From assembly GCA_951406725.2 (NCBI GenBank), contig OX597833.1:1674001-1738000 (forward strand): 64,000 nucleotides of DNA, written 5' to 3'. Source of the DNA: Octopus vulgaris (lineage: Eukaryota). Positions 27,526 through 40,227 of this stretch are shown piece by piece. Every line of letters begins with the position of its first letter. Position 1 is the first letter of the stretch. Made by a program: the position numbers and the translations under genes. The notes under the pieces are model-generated. The model had not been told where the DNA came from. It was given only the letters and a program-made list of their open reading frames with translations, and did not search any database.

Positions 27526-27759
27526 TATGCATGTATATATATGTATATATATATATTCAATGTACCAGTATGGCGAATCGTTAGCATGCTGAACAAAATG
27601 CCTTGTCGTATTTCCTCCCTCTCTACGTTCTGGTGCTAAATGTAGGCGCTGGTGCTGAGAATGTATGCGGTTGATGTCAACAGAATTTTTTCGAGTCTCA
27701 TAGATTGTTGGATTCCCAGGTGTTTGGTCAAAATATTTCTTCGGAAACACAATATGAAA

Positions 27760-29147
27760 TTACCAGCATCTAATGTCCCTCAGAAAGCACATCTTACACC
27801 ACTGCACATTTTGAGAACGGTATGGATGATGACGGTAGTGGCTTCCAGTATTTAAAGAATAAATTCATTGGAATATTTATAGATGCTTAGCTAGAACTGG
27901 AGTTTTCACGGAACCATAGATCCGTAGTGTTACCCACAACTCATCATTTCCATCTAATCTAAATGAGAATGAAATAGGAACATGGACATCTTTTGTTGAA
28001 GTTGTCAAAAATTTTCTGGGAAACCACAAAGGTGAAAACCATCGTAAACTCGTAAAAAACATGCTTGAACCTTATGGAAAAAATGGGATGCAGAGTATCT
28101 TTGAAAATGAATTTGTTACATTCTCCTCTTGAGTTCTATAAGGCCAGACTTGGGGCTGTGAGTGACGAGCATGGAGAGCGTTTCCACCGACAGACTTCGG
28201 TTGCGGGAAACAGATACCAAGGTAATTTCAAACCAAATATGAGGGGTGATTATTGTTGGTTCCTGCAGGAGAGCTTGTCATCCTACAAGTGACAGAGGAA
28301 GAGGAAACACCAAAGTTTCACTTAAGAACAGGGTGATGCCTTTCGGTAGTAATCACAAAATACTAACGCACTTTGGGTGGATGGTTAGGCGATGGGGTGA
28401 TAACTCTTCCAGCGGAATTCTGCTGTCTGCCTTAAGCTGGGAAAAGGGGTTAAGTCATTCCTACGCATTAATTATTTAAGTATGCTTAACATAAAAGGTA
28501 GCACGAAAAGTAGCTTAGACTGCTTTCGTAATAGAAGCGGGCCAGAAAACAACGAAAAAATAGGGGTTTTCGGTTACACAAAATCTGGACGTAATAGAGA
28601 ATGTTAGATATCGCATTTGAAAGTAGCATCAGAAATTTGACAGGAATCACTAGTTTACCTGTCTGTAACAACAACAAAAAAAAGAAGAAAAAAACCGTTG
28701 TAGGCGCAGGAGTGGCTGTGTGGTAAGTAGCTTGCTAACCAACCACATGGTTCTGGGTTCAGTCCCACTGCGTGGCATCTTGGGCAAGTGTCTTCTGCTA
28801 TAGTCTTGGGCCGACCAATGCCTTGTGAGTGGATTTGGTAGACGGAAACTGAAAGAAGCCTGTCGTATATATGTATATATATATATATTTGTATATGTGT
28901 GTATATGTGATTGTGTGTCTGTGTTTGTCCCTCTAGCATTGCTTGACAACCGATGCTGGTGTGTTTACGTCCCCGTCAATTAGCAGTTCGGCAAAAAGAG
29001 ACCGATAGAATAAGTACTGGGCTTACAAAGAATAAGTCCCGGGGTCGATTTGCTCGACTAAAGGCGGTGCTCCAGCATGGCCGCAGTCAAAATGACTGAA
29101 ACGAGTAAAAGAGTAAAAGAGTAACAGTTGGAATTTGTTGACTAGTG
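27760..29147 (+). mobile_element. Decayed Chapaev-3-like (CMC) DNA transposon, 3' part, with nested SINE
   Basis: FVEVVKNFLGNHKGENH..MGCRVSLKMNLLHSPLEF..LGAVSDEHGERFHRQ..RYQG..MRGDYCW matches the SLKxHFLHSH..GAVSDEHGERFHQ..RYQG..DYCW C-terminus. Ends in ..ttgactagtg (GTG terminus). Family assignment is from memory; left boundary uncertain. Confidence 0.75.
28701..29122 (+). mobile_element. SINE family A, full-length reference copy
   Basis: A box tggctgtgtgg, B-box-like ggttcagtcc, internal (TA/TG)n, (gagtaaaa)n tail, TSD aaccgttg/aacagttg. Confidence 0.92.
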
Positions 29148-30117
29148 TTATTGTTTGCTTTGAAGTAGCTGAGCATAGAATAATTCTCTCCTCCTGAAGT
29201 AACGCTGATGAATCAATAAGAGTAAAAGCGTATAAATATACATATATTTACATATACGTGAATGTGCGTGCGAGCGCGCGTATGTGTGTATGTGTGTGTG
29301 TGTATAAATTGTGTTTCAATGTGGTGCTTAAGCACGAAAAACACCAATTAATATGTGGTTATTACATCTCGTTAAACAGAAAATTTACACTTCAAGCGCA
29401 TTTCTATGTACCGCGTTGCGCAAAGCGTCGAATGGGTTCTAATGAATAACGAATGCACAGCACACTCGAATGAATAAAAGGAGAAAAATATTAATATTTT
29501 TCTGGCCGCAGTCAAAATTACTGAAACATGTAAAAAGAATAAAATAATCTAAGACTAAATATGAATTTCTTAGAGGTGTTTTTCAAAATTCTTGCGTAAC
29601 ATCCTTCGTTATATCATTATATGATTTTATATAACTATGACTGCTGAAGTATTGTATAATTATAAAGGGTTGTTTGAAATACGATTTACGAACCCAATGT
29701 TTTATTATATAAAGAACATTCAAAGATTGAATAAAGGGACAAAAAAGAACTTTAGGGTGAACAACAAGCTTTCCATAATTGTCTTCTAAAGTGTTTCGAT
29801 TCATAAAATGCTTAATAGGGAACTAAACTGTACTTTAGTTCCCTAGGCTTATGTTATGCTGATGATTTTAAATAAGGATGAAATGGCGTCAAAAAAGTTA
29901 AGATCTTTTTAATTAGTATACGGAAAAGAAAATACGTTTAATCTGGGTATATTCTTCGTTTCTTTTCGATTTGAAATTGACACTCATAACCAGGGTATGA
30001 TTAGTACATAAATATTTATCTCCCTTAAAATAATTTATAGTAACTGCTGTCCTTTCATACTTTTATTCAAAGAGAAAAAACAAGTAAAGGGAAAAGATAA
30101 ATATAATATATATATAT

Positions 30118-30298
30118 TGAGGACGCCATGATAGATCGTTAGCTCTCTCCTTGTTTTTTTCTGTGTATCTTTCTGTCGAAGCGCGTAGGCTCGAAACGTA
30201 AAATACTTTTTCTATTTCTATTCCTGAGCGCCATACTAATACATTTGTTTGTTTGTACTCCACCTGCCTTCGTCTTTTGTTTATTTTCGTAAAATTTC

Positions 30299-30302
<4 letters not shown>
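30118..30302 (+). mobile_element. PLE-type terminal fragment with variant minimal hammerhead
   Basis: ttt-CTGTCGA-a-gcgc gtag gctc-GAAA-cg-TA-aaa at 30170-30203; pyrimidine-rich tail ending at (TA)n. Confidence 0.55.
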
Positions 30303-30333
<31 letters not shown>

Positions 30334-30640
30334 CAGCAGGACGAAAACCTAGTCTACCTTCAAGGACCATCTAGATTACTAAGGTATGTAGAAAGGTATG
30401 AGAGAAATCAGAGGGAGGAAGGCTATAAGGGGGTTCCTGTTGAGAGTATAAGTTTCAATCATTTGATCACTACTAAGTATCTTCGATACGGAGAATATCC
30501 GGATCTCAGCTGTGAATTATATACATATATGTATGTGTGTGTGTTTGTGTGTGTGTGTATGTATGAATACAGGCAGACGGACACGCAGACAGACAGACAA
30601 ATAGGCAGATAAATAAATAGACTGACCGACAGATATATAT

Positions 30641-30716
<76 letters not shown>

Positions 30717-31420
30717 GGATAGATAGATAGATAGACAGACAGACAGAGCCATACATATTAATTACCCATATGTAAACCTAGAGATATTTAAAAATAAAAT
30801 GGCAAATTTCTTGTTCAGCTTGTTGCAGATATATTCTTGTTTTGAGAGAGGTTAAATTACTCGTCCAATCGCCATAGAATTATAACTTGCTTCACTAATA
30901 GACTCTCAATAAAATTACCCAGAATCTACTTCTACGGCAAACGTAAACAAAATATGGATTTAAAAAAAAATAGGGACGTCGCTGTAAAATCAGGAACGCC
31001 AAATTGTATATTTGTGCAGAGGTTCGAGCGTGAAATTAGATTAATTATAAAATATATGTGTCTTATTTATAATATACTGGACGATAGAAAATCACTAATT
31101 TAGCTGCTGTTTATTCAGAATTATTATTACGTAGGAAGAATATATATATCTAATTAGATGTATATATGTTCATTTGGATATAGGCACAATAATAAATATA
31201 TATAATTAATATAAAACGTATATTTATACATACATACATACATACATATATACATACATGCATGTGTACATATACCTAAGTACTTATACACAAATAAAAA
31301 TCCGTTGTGTAAATAGTAAAAATACGCACACACAGATATATATATATATATATATATATATACATTTATATATGTTTATATATATATACATACACCTTCT
31401 GCTTCTCTCACTCTCTCTTA

Positions 31421-31485
<65 letters not shown>

Positions 31486-31513
31486 CACCTTCTGCTTCTC
31501 TCATTCTCTCTTA

Positions 31514-31591
<78 letters not shown>

Positions 31592-32073
31592 ACACACACA
31601 CAAACAGACACATGTATATGTATGTGTATGTATACATATATAGATATACAGAACTCTGTATACAGTTCTTATCTTCAGTCTTTCATTCAATTCAAATTTT
31701 CATATAATTTTCATATAGTTTGTGTTCCTTTGTTTATCTAGAATACGGTTTCAGGTGCTTGAATGCTCCTACGTAAAGGAAACGAACGATTTCTCCCATC
31801 GATTTATATTAGTTTCTTGTATGAATCGAAATATGTTCTGTTCATTTTGTAAAGTAACAAAGAGCACGTTTATTTCTACATTAATCAACGAGATTACAAC
31901 AAAACAGAAGGAGTCAATAAAAATAGAGTCGAGCGCCCATTGTCGAATCACAACGAAGGCAAACGTCATAAGTATTTACAATATTTATCTTTGTATATAA
32001 TTTGCCCCATGTATAAATATGCAATATAGATATGTATGAATTGCTTATACCCTTACGAATATACATACATATA

Positions 32074-32125
<52 letters not shown>

Positions 32126-32346
32126 TATATATATATATATATATATGTATAAGTATATATATATATATATGTATAAGTATATATATATATGTATATGTAT
32201 ATGTATATATATATATATATAAGTATATATATATATATATATATATATACATCTATACATATATATATATACATATATATATATACATATATACATATAT
32301 ATATATACATATATTCATATATATATATATATATATACATATATAC

Positions 32347-32441
<95 letters not shown>

Positions 32442-32450
32442 TATAAATAT

Positions 32451-32499
<49 letters not shown>

Positions 32500-33193
32500 C
32501 ATACATACAGTAGTTATATTTCTATGCTACTTGGATTAAATATGAAATAAGTTTCTGATTTATGTAACCCGCCCATGTTCACCATCATACTTCAGAAATA
32601 ATTGAATTATATGCAAACTCATTTGAGCAAATTGAGCAAACAAGTATGTTGGCTGTGTGGTAAAGGTGTTCGCTTCTGAACTACGTAGTTCTGTGTTCAG
32701 TCCCACTACGCAAGTGTCTTAAAATATAACTTAATGTTTTGTGAGTGACTGTCAAACAGAATCCCCACCAAAACAATATGGCACAATACTAGCCAAAAAG
32801 GCAGCGATATCGCGAAAGGCTTGCGGGCTGTGTATAAATTAACTATCGGCGACAGAAGCCATCTTTCAAACGAATATTCACAATACATCCCATTATAAAT
32901 TGGATATGTTCTTAGACTTCAGAAATCATCTTGTGTAGACGACAGATGCTAAAATGCAACGTCTAATATATCGACTGATTTTTGATCTTGACATGGTACG
33001 GCTGATTGTCTGCAATCTACGGGGAAATCACGCGACAAAGAATTTCGTCAGCCGATGAGTAATCGGTGCATATTAAGCATTTGTCTTGTACAGAAAAGTA
33101 TTCCTTGGTCTTAGCTGTTCAACACGTCCAATTTAAGTTGGATGCTATAGTTAACATATGTTTAAGGATGTATAATGGAAGATAAAAATACAT

Positions 33194-33328
33194 ACATGGT
33201 TCCGGGTTCAGGCCCACTGCGTGACACCTTGGGCAAGCGTCTTCTACTATACCCCCGGGCCGACCAAAGACTTGTGAGTGAATTTGGTAGACGGAAACTG
33301 AAAGAAGCCCGTCGTATATATGTATATG

Positions 33329-33388
<60 letters not shown>

Positions 33389-33587
33389 TGTGTCTGTGTT
33401 TGTCTCCCCCCAACATCGCTTGACAGCCGATGCTGGTGTCTTTACGTCCCCATAACTTAGCGGTTCGGCAAAAGCGACCCGTAAAATAAGTACCTAGGCT
33501 TACAAAGAATAAGTCCTGGGTCAATTTGCTCGACTAAAGGCGGTGCTCCAGCATGGCCGCTGTCATATGACTGAAACAAGTAAAAAA
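33194..33587 (+). mobile_element. SINE family A (first ~40 nt missing)
   Basis: Colinear with 28701-29122. Confidence 0.88.
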
Positions 33588-33682
33588 GAAGACATAAACT
33601 GTATATCTATCAACGCACAATGACTAAAGAATATAATCTAATAATGGGACATATAAACCCTCGACAGCGAAAAAGTGGGTTA

Positions 33683-33758
33683 TCCTGTACGCGGGGGACT
33701 CGAACCCAAGCCTCTTTCTTTATGCGACGAAGAGTGTTACCCTTACAATTATGAACCA
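33683..33758 (-). pseudogene. tRNA-like remnant (pseudo-tRNA or SINE head)
   Basis: Minus strand has T-arm gggttcgagtccc and a loop cgcataa (CAT), but the acceptor and D stems do not pair. Confidence 0.4.
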
Positions 33759-34196
33759 ACCTGCTTCTTTCTGTCTGATTTAAGAATTATAATTAGTTCG
33801 TAGTTGTTTTTGTATACAAACTTTCATGCTATTGCACAGCGATGGTTTTGTAAAGCAGCGTCGATTTTTACAATTCTGTAAATAATAATAATAATAATAA
33901 TAATAGTATTTTATAAGCTTAAAGCTTATAAGCGATTACTGCGCTGTGACTAAAGAAAATAGTCTGATAATGGAACATATAATCCCTCGACAGAGAAAAA
34001 TAGGAAGGCGCAAAACGAATGAGAAGTTGATAAATACGGGAGTAAAAACGTCAGATGCCTAAACTTTGCATTTTCAATTTTCTTTACTCTATATTATATA
34101 TACATACATGCATACATACATACATGGATATATATATATATATGTATGTATGCATATATATATATATACATATATACATATATATATATATGTATA

Positions 34197-34227
<31 letters not shown>

Positions 34228-34295
34228 GTATATATGTGTATATATATATATATGTATGTATATATATATGTGTGTGTATATATATATATATATGC

Positions 34296-34345
<50 letters not shown>

Positions 34346-34426
34346 GTGCATACATATATATATATATGCATACATACATACATACATACACACATACACA
34401 CACACATATATATATGTATATATATA

Positions 34427-34554
<128 letters not shown>

Positions 34555-34815
34555 CTATATATATGAATGTATGTATGGTTCGAATTTAACGAAGATAGCA
34601 GATGAAGAAGCGGATGTATTATTTCCAAGCTCCAGAAGAATTGGAGTCTCCGAGAGAAAGGCTTGAGAAGGAAAAGAATAGGAGAACGAAACAAAAAAAG
34701 CATAAAACAAAAATTGGAGGGATTATAAAATTTGTAGGGATTAACGGTAAATATACCTATAGGAGAGTAATGTAGTTCGCTTGAAGCATTGTGTATTGTT
34801 TGGAAAGAATAAAAA

Positions 34816-35524
34816 GTTTTGAATGGCACAACAATGATCTATAATAACAACAATGGACTATACTAACTCTCTTCTACTTGTTTCAGTCATTTGACTGCGG
34901 CCATGCTGGAGCACCGCCTTTAGTCGAGCAAATCGACCCCGGGACTTATTCTTTGTAAGCCCAGTACTTATTCTATCGGTCTCTTTTTGCCGAACCGCTA
35001 GGTGACGGGGACGTAAACACACCAGCATCGGTTGTCAAGCAATGCTAGCGGGACAAACACAGACACACAAACATATACACACACACTTATATATATATAC
35101 ATATATACGACAGGCTTCTTTCAGTTTCCGTCTACCAAATCCACTCACAAGGCATTGGTCGGCCCGGGGCTATAGCAGAAGACACTTGCCGAAGATGCCA
35201 CGCAGTGGGACTGAACCCGGAACCATGTGGTTGGTTAGCAAGCTACTTACCACACAGCCACTCCTGCGCCTGATGTAATTTAATTATCCATAATCAAATA
35301 TAATATTTCGGAATATAAAAATTCCTTCATCAGATAACCCTAGGAATTGATCGAGTCGTAGCTAGTATTGATTTTCCAAAGTCGATTGTAGTAGTGACTC
35401 GATCAATTCCTAGGGTTATCTGAAGAAGGAATTTTTATATTCCGAAATATTATATCAGACTATGGATAATTAAATTACATCAGTTATCATAGCCCATTGT
35501 TCTTATTGTCGTGCCGTTCAAAAC
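34816..35524. mobile_element. Fold-back element with a hammerhead core in each arm; left arm interrupted by a SINE
   Basis: Arms 34816-34868 + 35271-35357 versus 35396-35524; CTGATGA/CTGAAGA-a-ggaat ttttat attcc-GAAA-tattata-TH in both arms. Confidence 0.65.
34869..35271 (-). mobile_element. SINE family A, full length
   Basis: Near-identical reverse complement of 28701-29122. Confidence 0.92.
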
Positions 35525-35573
35525 ACATTATTATCATTTATTATTTTTTAAATATACACATGTCTCTTGATAA

Positions 35574-35877
35574 TGGAGGCACATGGCCTAGTGTTTAGAG
35601 CAGCGGACTCGCGGTCGAGAGATCGCAGGTTCGAATCTCAGACCGGGCGATGTGTGTGTTTATGAGCGAAAAAAAACTAAGCTCCATGCGGCTCCGGAAG
35701 AAGGTAATGGCGAACTTCTGCTGACTCTTTTGCCACAACTTTCTCTCACTCATTCCTCCTGCATCTTGCGGCTCACCTGCGATGGACCGGCGTCTCGTCC
35801 AGGCAGGGAACCTATACGCCACGGAAACCGGAAGACCGGCCCTTATGAGTCAGGCGTGGCTCGAGAAGGAATAAGCA
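35574..35877 (+). mobile_element. SINE with family B head and a different 3' half
   Basis: tRNA head with B box ggttcgaatc; 14-bp TSD atgtctcttgataa at 35560-35573 and 35878-35891. Confidence 0.85.
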
Positions 35878-36382
35878 ATGTCTCTTGATAAACAAAGAAA
35901 GGAAACGATTGCAAATTATGAAGCAATTGTCTGGCTTTGAATCTTAAAACGTGACGATAATGAAATGATTTAAATTACGTCATACCTTATGCTTTCCTCA
36001 CGTTCATCAGACAATATTTAATGGTGGGGGGGGGGGTCGAAGTTATAATTTATAGCGATAGACTTTCAGACGAAAGAAAGTAACAGAAGATCGCTTACGA
36101 AAAATTGGCGTCGATGATCGCATTAAATCCTACAAGCAGTTGTGGAGCGGTCATACATGTATACATACATGCATACATGCATACACACACACACATATTG
36201 GGTTGTAACAAAAACACCTTTAAACAATTATTCCGGAGCATATTCACCATCTACATCAACTATTGCTTCCCATTTGCTTGGCAGACGGTCAGACCGTCGC
36301 TTAAAGATGTTTTTGCTAAATATTGTTATTGTTTCTGTTGAATAAAATTTGTTGAAAAAAAGGCGCAAAAATTATGCACCAA

Positions 36383-36467
<85 letters not shown>

Positions 36468-36550
36468 CGTATAAATTACTTGGAAAAGGATGCGGAGTAT
36501 TCGATCATATAATAAAATAAATAATATATAAATATATGCATATATATATA

Positions 36551-36865
36551 TGCTTTGCGGGAAGGACGGTTTTAACGAAGTCGCGTCTTGTTCGTAACTT
36601 CGAAACGCGGAGTAGATAAAACAGGGGACAACTGATGAAGGGAATGTTCTTTGTGTTGTCTGTCTCGTTTCTCTGTTTTTTTTCGTTGTTCGAAAAAAGT
36701 ACGTTTTCTATGTTTTTTTTTATGTTCTCATTTTCCATTTTGTCTACGTTTTTTTATGTCCTCTACCCACATATGCATGTATATATACATATATATTTAG
36801 GTATGTACATATATGTTTGCATATATGCATATATGTCTGCATATATGCATATATTTATATATTAT
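36551..36865 (+). mobile_element. 5'-truncated member of the ~0.8 kb direct-repeat-bounded family (see 53151-53936 and 62581-63527)
   Basis: Shares the gcRggaagg..cttcgaaac..ctgatgaaggg motif and the 3' tail tgtcct.tac.ca.atatgcRtgtatat.tacat..aggtaYgtacatatatgttt. Confidence 0.6.
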
Positions 36866-36866
36866 T

Positions 36867-36902
<36 letters not shown>

Positions 36903-37311
36903 ATTTGAGGGAATAAAATCCAAACTTACAAGGAAAAAGAATTCAATTTAGAAATACTAAATCAAATTCCACACAATATAATATATATATAAAATATTAG
37001 AAAAAAACACCTTTTATCAATTCAAAATGAATAATTAAATTACACCATCTAGAAAATTAGATATAATAGAAAAGTTAAAATTAAAATAACAATTAAAAAG
37101 TAAAGATTAAGTAAATTACAAAAATGATATAATGTATATAATAGGTATATACATTGTTTTTCTACCTATTATATACATTACATTATATTATTTTTGTAAT
37201 TTACTTAATCTTTACTTTTCAATTGTTATATTAATTTTAACTTTTCTATTATATGTAATTTTCTAGATGGTGTAATTCAATTATTCATTTTGAATTGATA
37301 AAAGGTGTTTC

Positions 37312-37321
<10 letters not shown>
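36903..37321. mobile_element. AT-rich retroelement end with ~155-bp fold-back
   Basis: Arms 36994-37147 and 37163-37321, 15-nt spacer, several mismatches; flanked by (TA)n. Confidence 0.7.
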
Positions 37322-37379
<58 letters not shown>

Positions 37380-37391
37380 ATGTATATATAT

Positions 37392-37435
<44 letters not shown>

Positions 37436-37447
37436 GAGTATATATAT

Positions 37448-37481
<34 letters not shown>

Positions 37482-37567
37482 GTATAAGGGTGAAAAGGAA
37501 CACACGAGTTGATATATATGAAAAAACAAGTAAAAAATAGAAAATGCTAAAATAATTTTATAGTGAA

Positions 37568-37615
37568 CATTTCAGTACCGGTTTCGGTCATTTTGAGACC
37601 TTTTCAACTGTAACG
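37568..37615 (-). ncRNA. Minimal type I hammerhead ribozyme (U3-A8 core), copy in the inverted arm
   Basis: Exact reverse complement of 43083-43130. Confidence 0.75.
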
Positions 37616-38322
37616 ATTAAATAATTAAATTTATTTTTAGAAAAATTAGAAGAAAAGTTTTTTTAAAAGAATATTTCTATAGTAGTGTTCAGATTTAAGT
37701 GGCATTCTGCCTTTCTCTGACTCCCTTGTTTGCACTTGTGTGTTCGAGGTAGTTGTGAGTTCTTGGTAGGGTAGTAGAGGGAAGGCTGGTGAGGAAAGGG
37801 GGTGGGAGAATCTGGGAGTGCCCTGATGGTCGTATTTTGAATGGTCAGTGGCGGCTGGCAGTCTCAGTTCAATTCAGGATTGTTTATAGAATTAGCGTAG
37901 GTGTTATACTAAAAAACATTAGTGACAAACTTAAGGGGTAGGGGGTGGAGAAGAAGAAGAAGAAGAAGAAGAAGAAGAAGAAGAAGGAGAAGGAGAAGAT
38001 GATGGTGATGGTGGTGATGATTATGACGACGATGATGATGATAACGATGATGATGAAGAAGAAGAAGAAGAAGAAGAAGAAGAAGAAGAAGAAGAAGAAG
38101 AGAGAAGGAGAAGATGGTGGTGATGATGGTGGTGATGATGATGACGCCGATGATGATGATAACGATGATGATGAAGAAGAAGAAGAAGAAAAAAACAGAG
38201 AAGGGAGAATATGAATGGGTGTAAATATAGCTATGAAGGGGCTGATTAGTAATGGATTCTATGGAGTGTAGTATTTGTGTGTGTATATATATTTTTTTCT
38301 TTTATTCTAAAGTTGAGGTATA

Positions 38323-39088
38323 TTAATTGTTTGTCGTAGACCCGTTAAGAAGTGGCTTGTATTTTGTAATAAAGAGATTTTCTTTACTTATTCTTTGTCT
38401 CGAGGTTGTATCGTCCCTAAATTGGTAGAGGGGGAAAATTCTGAAGTTTGGTGTTTTTTTGTTGGCGCAAGTATCTATGTGTTGGCTAAAAGCTATTTTT
38501 CTGTTTTGGGGAATTTTTATCTGGGATCTGTGCAGGGCCATTCGTTTACGCAAACCATTTTTTGTTTGGCCTATGTACTGCTCTTGACACCCGGAGCAGG
38601 TTAGTGAGTATATTAGGTTCTCCGAAGCACATGTGAAGTTGCTTTTCACTGTAAACCGTTGTCCCTGTTTGAAGGAGAACTCCGAACCCTCGATTAGATA
38701 GTCGCATATCCCGCAATTGGGTCTTCCACATTTTTTTACTGTCGGCTTCTGTGTTGAAGAGTGAATTCGGGCTTGTGTAAGGAGACTTTTCATGGATCTA
38801 GGCTGTCTTTTGCTTTTTATGATCGTGTGTGTTTGGAGGATTGTGTTCATTCTGTGGTCTTTTTTTAGGAGGGGTATGTTGTGGAGGATGGTGTCGAAAG
38901 CTTCGTTATTGAGAGGGTTGTGTGTGGAGATGTATGGTAAGGCTTTTGGTTGTAAGTTTTTCTTTGATTTGGGATGTCTCAGTTCCTTGATGTTAAGTTG
39001 AAGGGCACGTTGAATGCACTTGTCAATAAGTGAAGGTGGATAGTTCCTGGTGATTAGGGTATCTTTTAGTTCTTGTAGTCGTGTGTCT
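38323..39088 (-). pseudogene. Inverted partial copy of the PLE ORF2 C-terminus (thumb, linker, GIY-YIG)
   Basis: Same translation as ORF2 from DTRLQELKD, with intact end ..FRIFPLYQFRDDTTSRQRISKENLFITKYKPLLNGSTTNN*; it has no native start. Confidence 0.9.
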
Positions 39089-39101
39089 TGTAGTCGTGCG
39101 T

Positions 39102-40090
39102 CAATATATGGGATCAATACTCTAACAACATACCAAATGAAACACCACATAATACCACAATGGAACAAATCACTCAGAGATAGAAAGTTCGCCTTTTGGA
39201 AGATGATCCAAAACAACAACAAAGCGGATATATACGAAAAATGGCTCAACCGGACCCCGTTAATCCTCCCACGTAAATTCCAGTTCAAAGCTATTACAGA
39301 AGAACCTGAAACACAAAGACACCTCAGGGAGAGAATGGCACTGGAAAAAATGAAAATGGAAATAGAACTTCTGAAATTGAGGGCCCAAACAAATGAGGAT
39401 AAAATAAAATCCACCGATGAAGATATCAACGAAGAAATTCGCAAAATGACCCAAGGCCCAGATCAAGAGAAGTTCTCCAAACTATGGAAAGAGGACTGTG
39501 AAAAAGAAGAACTAAAATCTCTCCAACGCTGGGAGAAAAGCGCCACTTGGTTCTCAGACTATGAAGCCGTCTTTCAAACAGAGCACGCCTCCAACAACCC
39601 TTTCCAGAAAATAAGAAAACCAAAACAACACCCAAACACCGATACACACCCGTCTAAAAATCGGAACCTTCACTACTATCAAAAAAAGAATACAGGACCT
39701 AACCCCAACTCTGTAAGCAGCCAGCGATACAATATCAGGAATACCCCCACTTCAAGCAGAGAAAGGATAAATCAACACCCACAGCATAGACACTGCAACC
39801 TCATCCCCACCCAAAGGAGTTACCAACGAAATCTTCGTCCCATTAACCGGTTAAACAACCATGCACAACAAACCCACACCACTTGCAATGATTACCAACG
39901 AAGGCCTCCTAGAACACCAGACCCGAATATGGGATATCGGGATGCTCTCCTCAATACTGCTCCAAGAACACACACCACAAATCACAACAGGAGACCCCTA
40001 ATCAACAAAGAACAACTATATACTAGCTACCGTCCCAACCACCGCATTCATTTTTTAGACCCAATACGCAAACACAGAGACACAAGATAG
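39102..40090 (+). CDS. PLE ORF1, 5'-truncated: predicted helical/coiled-coil domain followed by an N/R/P/H-rich disordered region
   Basis: Stop-free frame (ORF track 39050-40090; first ATG 39137), same A/C-rich strand bias as ORF2, heptad-like segment LRERMALEKMKMEIELLKLRAQTNEDKIKSTDEDINEEI. Confidence 0.75.
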
Positions 40091-40227
40091 CACCAAACAA
40101 GCAGGAGGAACCAAAAGTAATAAAAATTATTAATCTAACTCACAAGGAACTAACAGCAAACCAAATAAACATACTTTCCAAAGGACTCAAGTTTACACCC
40201 ACCCCACAACACCCCAACTACAATGAA

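Noticed and set aside
32760-33130. Possible LINE reverse transcriptase remnant on the minus strand
   Set aside because: Only vague motif similarity with many stops; cannot be supported without a search.
33683-33758. Functional tRNA-Met gene
   Set aside because: T-arm is present but the acceptor and D stems do not pair.
37945-38214. Poly-K/M/D/E ORF (and its mirror at 42454-42753)
   Set aside because: Antisense reading of (CTT)n/(CAT)n tracts in the PLE 3' UTR.
38323-39444. 373-aa minus-strand ORF as an independent GIY-YIG gene
   Set aside because: A chance fusion of the ORF1 antisense strand with the inverted ORF2 C-terminus across the junction at 39088-39102.
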